A stretch of DNA of 64,000 nucleotides from Dehalococcoidia bacterium (GTDB taxonomy: Bacteria > Chloroflexota > Dehalococcoidia > Bin125), in assembly GCA_965261225.1 (NCBI GenBank), contig OZ253456.1, forward strand, positions 264,431 to 328,430. The letters are read 5' to 3'. This document shows, piece by piece, positions 38,862 to 48,118 of this stretch. The notes beneath the pieces were generated by a model, which ran no database searches, was not told the DNA's origin, and saw nothing but the letters and a program-made list of their open reading frames with translations. The position numbers were made by a program, and so were the translations under genes. Position 1 is the stretch's first letter. Each line of letters starts with the position of its first letter.

Positions 38862-39551
38862 ATGGCGACATTCGTATTGATCCACGGCGCGTATCAGGGC
38901 GGATGGATCTGGTCGCCCGTCGCGACGCAGTTGCGCGACGCCGGCCACCGCGTGTACGCGCCGTCGCTTGACGGTTGCGCCGAGCGTTCGGCGCAGGCGC
39001 GGCCCGGGATCACGACGGAGACGCAGGCCGAAGAAATCGCGGAGCTGCTGCGCTACGAGGATCTCACTGAGGTTGTGTTGGTCGGTACCTCGTCGGGCGG
39101 CATGGTGCTGGCCAAGGTCGCCGAACTCGCCCGCGAGCGGATTCAGCGCCTGGTCTTCGCCGACGCGCTCGCCCTGCTCGACGGAGAGACCATCCGCGAC
39201 ATCGTGACCTCATCTGCCGCAATCACCAACGATGTCGTGACTGGCCCCTCGCCTGACGGGATGCTCAACACGCTGCAGGCAAGCATGGAGCCGGAGCTGG
39301 CCGCGTGGGCGGCGGAGCGTTTCGGGCTGCACCCAGTCGCGGCGTTCAACCAACCGGTCGTGCTCGAATCGTTCTGGGATCAATCGTGGGACGCCTCCGT
39401 GATCTGGTGCCGCCAGGCGCCGAATCCCGGCGAGGCACACCAACGCCGTTGCGCAGAGTCGCTCGGCGCGCGCTGGCACGAGCTCGACACAGGGCACTAC
39501 CCGATGCTGAGCACACCCGACGAGCTGACCCGCCTGATGCTGGAGGGCTAG
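38862..39551 (+). CDS. Alpha/beta hydrolase (esterase, MES/PNAE-like).
   Basis: ATFVLIHGAYQGGWIW..VVLVGTSSGGMVLA (GxSxG)..; ~229 aa. Confidence 0.75.
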   Translation: MATFVLIHGAYQGGWIWSPVATQLRDAGHRVYAPSLDGCAERSAQARPGITTETQAEEIAELLRYEDLTEVVLVGTSSGGMVLAKVAELARERIQRLVFADALALLDGETIRDIVTSSAAITNDVVTGPSPDGMLNTLQASMEPELAAWAAERFGLHPVAAFNQPVVLESFWDQSWDASVIWCRQAPNPGEAHQRRCAESLGARWHELDTGHYPMLSTPDELTRLMLEG

Positions 39552-39778
39552 TGGTTCCAGCCATTGGTCGCCCTGGCGTCCCGCCCATCAACGCCTCCGT
39601 ATTGCGTTCCAACGGAGGGTAGTACGGCGGAATTCATGGTCGGATCCGGTAAGCAGGTTCCAGCCATCAAACGCGCGCAGTATCAGCACGGGAACGTGCT
39701 CGGCTTCGAGCCGCTGCAGCAAACCCAGTACGTGCGCTCGGCATTCCAAACGCGGATGGAGACGGTCGTTCGCTTGGA

Positions 39779-40867
39779 TTAGCCAAACGTATTCGCGCGA
39801 CTGCGGAAGCCGTCGATGCCCAGACCGTCTCGCCACTTCTCCGACTCGCGGCGTGAGAATGAATCCAGGGGAATGCCGCAACCGTCGGCGATACGTACCA
39901 TTCGCTGGAAGTTTGCGACGGTCGCTGCGCAATCCACGACTGCGTCCGGCCCCATGGCGGCGTTAACTGCCTCCCGAGCCTCGGCAAGGTTCGGGGTGTG
40001 TCTCACTGCTGCATCCGAGTAGCGAAGTAATACTTCGCCATGTTCGACGCCGCTATCGATATCGTTTCGCACCGTACCGTTAAGGTTGAGGGTGTCGTTG
40101 CTTTCGCTGCTCCGACCGAGCAGCATCACATGTGAGATCGTTCAATAGAAACACTCATTCAAGGCCGACACTCTCGCCGCCACCAACTCGCGCTGCGGAC
40201 GCGTCAACACGCGGAACGACTCTTGTTCGCTGCTGATCTCCACCCAACTGAGGTAGTGCGCATCGAATAGATCAGCCAACCAGCGCACGCTGTCCGGATG
40301 CAGGCTCATCGCTGCGCGAACATTCGCGGCGTGCTCGTCTCCGCCATAGATATCCGACTCGCGCTCACCCAGGTCGTCGGGCCGAATGGTCGGTGGCCAA
40401 CTTCCATGTTGTTTCGCGCCCGACGGTCGGATCCAAGTGGGCTCGCCAACGATCGGCTCCGGCAACGGCTCACACGGCAACGAGAGCGCACGATGAAACT
40501 CGTCAACCGACCAGACATGGACTACGACGCCAAGCAACTCGATGTAATGAGCGTCCGAAATCCCGTCGGCGGCTGTGACCTCCTCGTACCACTCCTTGTT
40601 CACGTTGGGCAAATCGGCGATGAGTTTGTGCACCGCGAAGACGGCCGCCTCGGGCAGTTGCGCCGGTCCCGCTCCCGGATCGGGGAGTCCGTCCACCAAC
40701 GCGGACGCCCGACGAGTCTCGGCGGCGATCGACACGCGCTCAGGGCCAGTCCACCAGTCTCCCGGCGAGGCCAGCATCTCCCAACTGCGACGGTGCGCTT
40801 CGGCCATGCGGTCCAGGACGGGCCAGGCGGTATCCACGTATCCAAAGGCTCTGGCGGTCGTGGTCAT
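39779..40867 (-). CDS. AhpD/CMD-family (carboxymuconolactone decarboxylase-like peroxidase-related) protein, copy 1. Candidate selenoprotein with in-frame TGA at 40142-40144 (C-F-Y-U-T-I-S-H).
   Basis: ORFs 40142..40867 and 39779..40129 share one frame, separated only by TGA. ..ELVAARVSALNECFY[TGA]TISHV.. fits the AhpD SxxNxCxYCxxxH motif with U at the second Cys. Hairpin gctgctc-cgacc-gagcagc at 40106-40124 lies 17 nt downstream of the UGA in the mRNA. Confidence 0.6.
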
Positions 40868-40876
40868 GTGTGGCTC

Positions 40877-41965
40877 CTAGCTGGGGGTGTTGGCGGCGGA
40901 TGCATAGGCGTAGACGCCGAGCTCGTCGCGGAAATCGGCGCTGGCTTCAACAGTTGGAGCGTCCAGCGGGATGCCGCAGCCGTCGGCGATTCGCACCATG
41001 CGTTGATAGTTAGCGATCACGCCGACGGCGTCAACTACCGCTGCGGCGCCCAACTCCGCGCGGAGCGCTTCGCGACGCTCCGGCAGGTCGGCATACCGTC
41101 CGACCACGGCATCGGCGAAGCGCAGCAGCGTCGTCGCATTGGGGACGCCACTCTCGACCTCGTTATCGACCGCCCCGGCCAGGTTCAATCGATTGTTTCC
41201 GGTGCTACTCCGACGGAGCGCAGCTACGTGGGAGACCGTTCAATAGAAGCACTCGTTCAGAGCCGATGTGCGAGCAGCCAACAGCTCGAACTGCGGCCGC
41301 GAGAGCGCCCGCGTCGCGGGATCGAAGTGCATGGTCTGCTCCCACGACATGTACTGCGCAGCGCGCAATTCGTTGAGCCAACGCACATTCTCGGGGACCA
41401 GGCTGAGGGCGCTGATCACGTTGGCGGTTCGCGCGGGTCCGCCGTAGATATCGGAGTCTTCCGGATCAAGGTCGGGCGGCATCACGATCGGCGCCCAGGA
41501 TCCGTGATCGGCCGCTCCAGCGGGGCGTCGACGGGCCGGTTCGCCGGCTTGCGGTTCGGGCAACGGCTCAAGCGGGAGTGAGAGCGCGCGATGAATCTCG
41601 TCGATCGCCCATACATGCACGACCACGGCCAGAAGCTCGATGTAATGCGCATCGGACATGCCCGGCGCGGAGACGATCTCTTCGTACCATTCGCGGCTGA
41701 GGTTGGGGAGGTCGCCGATTAGCCTCTGCACAGCGTGGACGGCCGCCTCGGGCAGATCGGCCGGTCCTGGTCCGGGGTCCGGCAGACCGTCGATCATCGC
41801 CCCTGCGCGGCGGGTCTCGGCGGCGATGCTGATCCGTTCGGCGCCGCTCCACCATTCACCGGCGGCAGCCAGACGCTCCCAGCTGCGGCGATGACCGTCG
41901 GCGGTGCGCACAGGTATCGGCCAGATTATGTCCGCATATGCGAACGGGACAGCGGTTGTGGTCAT
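40877..41965 (-). CDS. AhpD/CMD-family protein, copy 2 (tandem paralog). Candidate selenoprotein with in-frame TGA at 41240-41242 (C-F-Y-U-T-V-S-H).
   Basis: ORFs 41240..42175 and 40877..41188 share one frame. ..SALNECFY[TGA]TVSHVAALRRSSTGNNRLNLAGAVDNE.. continues into ..ANYQRMVRIADGCGIPLD, homologous to copy 1 downstream of its TGA. An imperfect hairpin lies ~15 nt after the UGA. Confidence 0.6.
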
Positions 41966-42700
41966 CGCAAGTTCCTCGCCAGCGTCGAGTTCAATCGACC
42001 GACCTTCTGCGACCTTAACGGATTTCGGACTCTCGATTCGGTCAGGATCGAGCGATCCGCAGATGGCTCGTCTCGACTGCTGGGAATACTCTGAACAACT
42101 CCGATCCCCGCTTCCCCCCCTCTGCGGGGGAAGCTGCCGAAGGCTGAAGGGGGGTCCTCGCTCAGCCTGCGACACCAGTTGTTCAGAGGATTCCTGGGCC
42201 TATTGTCAGAGCTGACTCGCCCGACTTATGAGAGGTCCGGAGGTAGGTTTCGGGGCACAAACACTCTCTCGCGAGAGCCGCCACCCTGACAACTGACGGT
42301 CGACTCGCTTGCATCGTCGGAAGAGGACTCGATACTTGCACAGCATGAGGAGCGAGCGCTGTGAAGTGGGGCAACAGGCTCCTACATGAGTACGACGACC
42401 ACTACTCGGACGTGGCCGTGTGACCGGCGCGGTCGATGATCGACGATGGCTAGTCCAAACGTGGACCAGGCGCTGTACAGGCGCTGGAATAACTCACGAA
42501 TCAGAGGCGAGCGCCGACGAGGCCAAGTGATCGACGTTCTACCGCAAGCGGTCCGCGAGAACTGGTGTTGTACCACCCCGCCACGGAGATCGGCCATGAG
42601 CGCGTGCCACAGCCACGCTCGCTGGGAACGACCCAATCCCAACAGCAGCGCCCTGGTCGATCCATGAGCCCGAGGTCGGCTCGCTATAGGCGGATGCTCG

Positions 42701-44752
42701 CTAGCGGGAAACCTGCGGTGGTTCCTTGGCTTCCTCGAAGCCCGAAAGCGGACGGCGATCAGCCGGGTATCCGGAACCAGAGCGAAGACGAATGCCGCAG
42801 TCGGCCAGGTGGTGGTCCGACCAGCCATAGTCGAGCAGTCTCGCGTCGGGACTGAACCACGGTTGGACGATGCTCAGTTGAACCGGGTTAGCCAGATTGT
42901 TAATCCAGCCGGTGCTCGCTCCACTGAGCAGACGTCGCTGGATCTCAGCGATGAGCTCTGTCAGTACGTCGAAATTCAGCTCCCGATGCAGTTGCTCAAG
43001 CAGCCGATCAAGTTCCGCGTCCGGGAATGCGCCCCAGCTCTCCGCACCCTGTGAATGGAGGCTGCGCGACCATGCGCCGATCGGCAGAGGCGACACGGGC
43101 AGCTCGCCCCAAGCCACGTTGACGAAGCGTTCGCCGTTGCTCAGGCGGCTGATCGCTGCTGCACCGTCGAGCTGCTCGAACTCGACGCTCAGCCCCGTCA
43201 CGCGTTCGATCATCCCTGCGATCAGCCCCCCCAAGTCCGCGAAATACGAGCTGACCTCCGTAGAGACCACCAGCTTGAGCGGGCCGATCTGTTCGACGCC
43301 ACCTGCGGCCTCGATCAACTCGGCCACAATCGGCGACACTGCTTCTGGCGAGGGCAGATAACCGGCGTATTGGTGCAATTCTGTATCTGGTAGGGCGAAA
43401 TCGGTGAAGTGCCACGGCACTGGCCCCGAGGGACGCAAGACGAAGGGTTCTGTCAGCGATTCCGCAATCTGCACACGGTCGATTGACCAGTTGATTGCCA
43501 TCGCAACGCGCGGATCGCTCAACGCTCCGGCAGGATCAGGATCGCGTGGCGTGAGCAATTGCAACGGCCGTCCTCCAGGGATTTCATAGATATTGTGCTC
43601 GTGAAACTGGTCGGACAATGAGGCAATCTGCCGGTTGCTTAAGGGCCAATCGGCGCGGTCGATATCGCCGGCGGCGTACGCCTCCAGCAAGTCATTGGCG
43701 GATCCGCTGACAAACGTGATTGCGTTCATCCGTGCCAACCGTTGTTCGAGCCAATACTGGTTCGTTTCCTTCGCTCTCCACCAATCTTCCGAGCGAACAA
43801 CCGAAGTCCGATGTTCGCCATGCTCCACAGCGCGGTATGGTCCCGTTCCGTCAGTCCAAAGATCGCCTGCAGTGCCCCTGGGCCAACGGATGTCCGCTTG
43901 TGCGATCGCTTCCGAGCTGGCAATCCACCCGAATGGGCCTGCGACCACGTCGCGTTGCTGGTGATAGACAGACGAGTCGCTGATCAACGCAAAAGTGTGA
44001 CCTCCGTCGGCATGCGGTTCAAGCTCCTGGAACCGCGTGCCGTTCCAGTCCGCAGCGCGGCGGAGATGCGTGTCGGGAACCCGTTCCCGTGCGTTGGCCC
44101 AGGCCAGCCGCTCGATGCTCAGGCGCACATCATCGGACGTCACCTGACGCCCGTCGTCGGCCGGATCGGCGGTGAACCGGGCGCGCGGATCAATAGGGAA
44201 GATCGAGGTTTGTGCGTCCGGGGTTTCGGGCCATTAGCACAGATCGGGCTCGACCAAGGTTGAGTTCGTCCTGGTCGGTCGCAACAGGCGGTTGTACGTC
44301 AACGAATGGACGCGCTGGACGAAGGTTGACATGGAACGATGCGGGTCCCACGTGTCGACCTCGTTCGAATAGGCGAATTGATGCGTAACGCGAGGAGGAC
44401 GCTGTGATTCGGGCTGGGCTGATTCGGGCTGTGGTAGTTCGGGCTGGGGTTGCGCGCGCGGAGGACGCGGCCTTGCTGGATCGTCCGCTGCCGCTGATGC
44501 ATCTAACTGTTGCGGCTCTGAGCGCAAAGAAGGTTCTTGCAGAGGTCCCGGCGAACGCGGCTCGGGGGGCGGTTCCTGACTACAGCCAAGAAGCGCCAGC
44601 GCCGTAGCGCCCACGCCGGCCAGAGCGCTAACGCGCAGCAGTTGGCGGCGGCTGAAGCGTTCGCCGAGCGTTGGCATGAGGCCAGCGTAGCCCGATTCGG
44701 CGCACCCGGAAGAGCATCCGAATAACGGCAGGCCGGGGCGGACGCTGGACAT
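42701..44752 (-). pseudogene. ABC transporter substrate-binding lipoprotein (family 5, peptide/nickel type) interrupted by an in-frame TAA (44234-44236).
   Basis: Signal peptide/lipobox (MPTLGERFSRRQLLRVSALAGVGATALALLGC) and the start of the family-5 fold in ORF 44234..44752. The same frame continues after TAA (..WPETPDAQTSIFPIDPRARFTADPADDGRQVTSDDVRLSIERL..) into ORF 42701..44143. Confidence 0.7.
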
Positions 44753-44942
44753 CTCACTGGCATGCAGAGAGAAGGAGAGAGAAGGATGGCGTGTTCGACA
44801 GCACGATGTCGGTCAGATCTCCAGCGCGAACGTCAACTCGAAGGATCTTGATTTCGTCAAGTTTGGTGGGCCGAACTCGCTGGGTGAGTGGTGTTTGAGG
44901 CTTCGGTTGGCGACACTGCAATCGGGCGGGCTCCGATAGATC

Positions 44943-44994
44943 GCAACCAGGTCCCGCAACCAGGTCCCGCAACCAGGTCCCGCAACCAGGTCCC
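44943..44994. repeat. Four tandem 13-bp direct repeats GCAACCAGGTCCC upstream of the RCC1-repeat gene.
   Basis: gcaaccaggtccc x4, read directly. Confidence 0.8.
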
Positions 44995-45316
44995 AGAGCA
45001 GTACCGTGCAGCCCAAAACGGGTCTGGCGCGTGTCGGTCGAGCAAGCTGGGCATCAGAGTCAAGCGCATTCCGTTCCGGCTGGGTGTCGCCGTGAGTGCG
45101 ATGATCTCGTTCTTGGCTCTGATCGCAGCGGTTGACGCGGCGTCAATGGCGCTGGATTCGAGCACAGCGATCGCTGAGGGTGAGGAGTCGTCGGCCTTCG
45201 TCGTCCAGCAAGTTGACGCGGGAGGGGACTTCACCTGCATGTTGACGACGGAGCAGACGCTGGTCTGCGCTGGTCGAAACACGACTGGACAGACGAACGC
45301 GCCGCCAGGCCGCTAA

Positions 45317-45354
45317 GCGCAGGTCAGCGCAGGTCAGCGCAGGTCAGCGCAGGA
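45317..45354. repeat. Three tandem copies of the 10-bp unit GCAGGTCAGC inside the RCC1 coding region.
   Basis: gcgcaggtcagc gcaggtcagc gcaggtcagc gcagga, read directly. A single copy would give an in-frame ..AQVSAGGSHGCAIGVEGS.. reading. Confidence 0.75.
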
Positions 45355-46037
45355 GGGTCGCACGGCTGCGCGATCGGCGTTGAAGGCTCCTTGTCCTGTT
45401 GGGGCTGGAACGCAGCGGGTCAAGCAGCCGCCCCAACCGGCGAATTCATGCAAGTGAGCGCCGGTTCACGACACAGCTGCGCGATTGATGTTGAGGGCGC
45501 CCTGACTTGTTGGGACGCAGATCCGCTGTACGGTACGCCGCTGGCACAAGGGTCGGTCACTTCAACAGTGTCGGCACGGAGTCCAGGCTCAGAGCAACAT
45601 GACAGCGAAGGTGGCAGCGAAGGTGACAGCGATGCGAGGAGCGGGGTCCGGGTCGTGCAAGTCGAAGTTGGTACGTCCTTCGCTTGCGCGTTGACGGAGG
45701 ACGGACAAGCTATCTGTGGTGGTTACAACTATTACCATCAGGCAGACGCGCCTCAGCTCACATTCACCCAGCTCAGCACAGGCAGCTATCACGCTTGTGG
45801 ACTTCGCGAAGATCAATCGGCGTCTTGTTGGGGCAAAAACGATCACGGCCAAACGAACACGCCCCCGGTTCGCTTCATTCAGGTCAGCGCTGGCGCCAAT
45901 CATTCCTGCGCCTTGCGCGACGATGGCGAGCTTGTCTGCTGGGGCAGGAACGATAAAGGTCAAATCGATTCCCCGTCCTGGACATTCGAGCGACTTGACG
46001 CAGGTTCAAACCACAATTGCGCTCAGTGATGTTCGCA

Positions 46038-47045
46038 TTATTCACTCATCCCCTGCGGTTGTTGACCGACCGAGTCCCCGATCCGCTGAAGGCTCAGGAG
46101 TATGACCTCATCGTCAACTGGCGATTGCCCCGCGGCTCTTTCGATAGCCGTCAGCGCCGAACGTTGGATTTCTCTTCGATAGACAGTGCCCGTAGAGATA
46201 CCGATGTCAACAAAGGTCCGATAACCCGGGCCGCGAAAGCCAATGCTGAATGAGCTTTCTCCTCCATCTGGGGTCTCGAACGAACCCATGAACGCGGTCG
46301 TGATTTCATCGGGAACGGTGATGAGCTGATCGAAGAATCGGTAGGTCTCGCCAGCCCGGAGTGGGGTATTCGAGTCGCCCGTATCGGTGATCTCGTAGAC
46401 GCCCGCTGTTGTCTCCGCTGTCGCGCCGCCGGCGTCCGTCACGGTCGCGCGAATCGTTTTGCGGCCGGAGTCGACGCGAGGTTCTTTCAGGTAGCGACGG
46501 TAGCGATTGTTGTAGGGACCACCGATCACGGTCTGACCGATATCTAGCGCGCAACTCACGGATGCCGTGCCCGAAGCCCCGGCATACTCGTGGCTGCCGT
46601 CCTCGCTCTCCCCGTCGATCATCAGGGTGTACGGTGCGGTTCCCCCACTGACCGTCCACTCCACCGGGATTTCGGACACACCTTGCCAGGCGATCAGGGT
46701 GCTGTTGTGATTCGTCCCATCTTCGTCCTGGGTCCAGTGGGCGTCATAGGATGAAGAGGCGCGCTTCGTTTCGCAGATTTCGGGCGCGGCCAGCGTCAGA
46801 GTCAACGGTGCGATGTTGTCTTCTTCTTCACTGCCGTCGCTGCCGTCCTCAGCCGGCGGCTGCCTCTCCTCGACATCGGCCGTGCTCGTTGCCTTCGCCT
46901 CGTCGCCCACGCCCGATTCGCGACCGATGAATACCGTTGCGAGCGCCACGACGCTAGCCACGACCACGACCACGACCACGAACAGGGCCAGGTCGCGCAA
47001 TCGGATTCGGTTTAGCTTGGCTTTCGTCTCGAACTCCATCTCCAT
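46038..47045 (-). CDS. Hypothetical single-pass membrane protein.
   Basis: MEMEFETKAKLNRIRLRDLALFVVVVVVVASVVALATVFI TM anchor followed by a ~300-aa extracytoplasmic region without a recognisable motif. Confidence 0.4.
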   Translation of the reverse strand: MEMEFETKAKLNRIRLRDLALFVVVVVVVASVVALATVFIGRESGVGDEAKATSTADVEERQPPAEDGSDGSEEEDNIAPLTLTLAAPEICETKRASSSYDAHWTQDEDGTNHNSTLIAWQGVSEIPVEWTVSGGTAPYTLMIDGESEDGSHEYAGASGTASVSCALDIGQTVIGGPYNNRYRRYLKEPRVDSGRKTIRATVTDAGGATAETTAGVYEITDTGDSNTPLRAGETYRFFDQLITVPDEITTAFMGSFETPDGGESSFSIGFRGPGYRTFVDIGISTGTVYRREIQRSALTAIERAAGQSPVDDEVILLSLQRIGDSVGQQPQGMSE

Positions 47046-47330
47046 GCGGCTCGCCCGCGTTTGGACGACGGCTACTCTTGATGGACCGCCGCGCTTGGAG
47101 TCAGGCCATGTTTCTGAGCGCTGCGTGATCGGCTTGAACGGAACGTCATCAAGCAGCGAGGTCTGTCTCTGCGCAGGGAACGTCGCCACTGAAACAGCGG
47201 TATCCTGGACATCCCACCCCCCTGTCCCGATCGTCGGCCAACGCCTCGCCGGCCGGGGCGGAACTCTGTCCACGCGTACTCACGCTACGCAACGACTGCT
47301 GATAACGCGCTGAGATATGGGACTAGCAGA

Positions 47331-47466
47331 GGCTGTTGCACAAACCCCTGATTGCTCCGTTCCAGTGATTTTTGCGAAGGCGGCAGCCTACCGCTGACCA
47401 GATACGGAGACTGGATTCTCGGTCAAGCCGGGACTGACGGAAATGGGGTTTGTGCAACAGCCTCAG
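47331..47466. repeat. MITE-like ~135-bp element with terminal inverted repeats GAGGCTGTTGCACAAACCCC / GGGGTTTGTGCAACAGCCTC.
   Basis: The termini are perfect reverse complements, read directly. The interior (..gaccagatacggagactggattctcggtcaagc..) is homologous to 50795-50827. An IS copy abuts its right end. Confidence 0.65.
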
Positions 47467-47470
47467 CTAG

Positions 47471-48045
47471 GGCTGTTCACGATAGTTGGAGTGCGTCGTA
47501 GATGAGGGCGAGATAGATGACGTTGAGGCAGATGAGGTCGAGTTTGTCGTAGCGAGTGGCGATCCGGCGGAAACGCTTGAGCCGGCAGCCGAAGTGCTCC
47601 ACCTCGTTGCGTCGGCGGTAGAGTTCGCGGTCGTGGGTCCCGGTCGGGTTGCGGTAGCTAGGCGGCGGGACGACGGGGAGCTAGCCCAGGTCGCGCGCCA
47701 GCCGGCGCGTCTAGTCGCCGCGGTCGCCGCGGTCCATGATCAGCGCCGGGCCGTCCGGTGACGACGCGCTCCAAGACGCCGGCCTTCGCCCGGCGATTGA
47801 GCCGCATGTGGATCGTGTGCCAGTGGCCAAACTCCGCTGGCAACCCGCGCCAGGTGCAGCCCTCTTTCGCGATGTAGAACAGTGCATCCAGGACTTGGCG
47901 CTGGGGAATCGTCAACTTGCCTCGCGGCGTCGGCAGCAACGGCGCGACCCGCTCGTACTGAGCAGCCGTCAGTGTCATCCGGTCACCAAGGCCGCGCCGC
48001 CAAGCACAACCACTCTGTCAGATCCGCGGCAGTGGACTGTTTCGC
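47471..48045 (-). mobile_element. IS5-family (IS427-group) insertion sequence, truncated copy: orfA intact, ~230-bp internal deletion in orfB, degenerate right end.
   Basis: Left end ggctgttcacgatagttggagtgcgtcgtagat is almost identical to the 53259 copy. orfA 47658..47978 (MTLTAAQYERVAPLLPTPRGKLTIPQRQVLDALFYIAKEGCTWRGLP..). Confidence 0.75.
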
Positions 48046-48118
48046 TCCGTGACGAGCCGCTGATCTAGATCCGTGGCGGCGCTGTGCCGCTCCACACGTT
48101 GCCTGCTCGCCGATCCTC

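Larger units (their letters stand above)
44888..46029 (+). pseudogene. RCC1-repeat (regulator of chromosome condensation-like) secreted or membrane protein. It is disrupted by a TAA nonsense codon (45314-45316) and by expansion of a 10-bp repeat that shifts the frame.
   Basis: TM/signal segment RIPFRLGVAVSAMISFLALIAAVDA; repeats (GQTNTPPVRFIQVSAGANHSCALRDDGELVCWG). The first ORF ends ..TNAPPGR* where the repeat consensus has RF(I)QVSAG; the downstream ORF 45391..46029 is in another frame. Confidence 0.6.
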
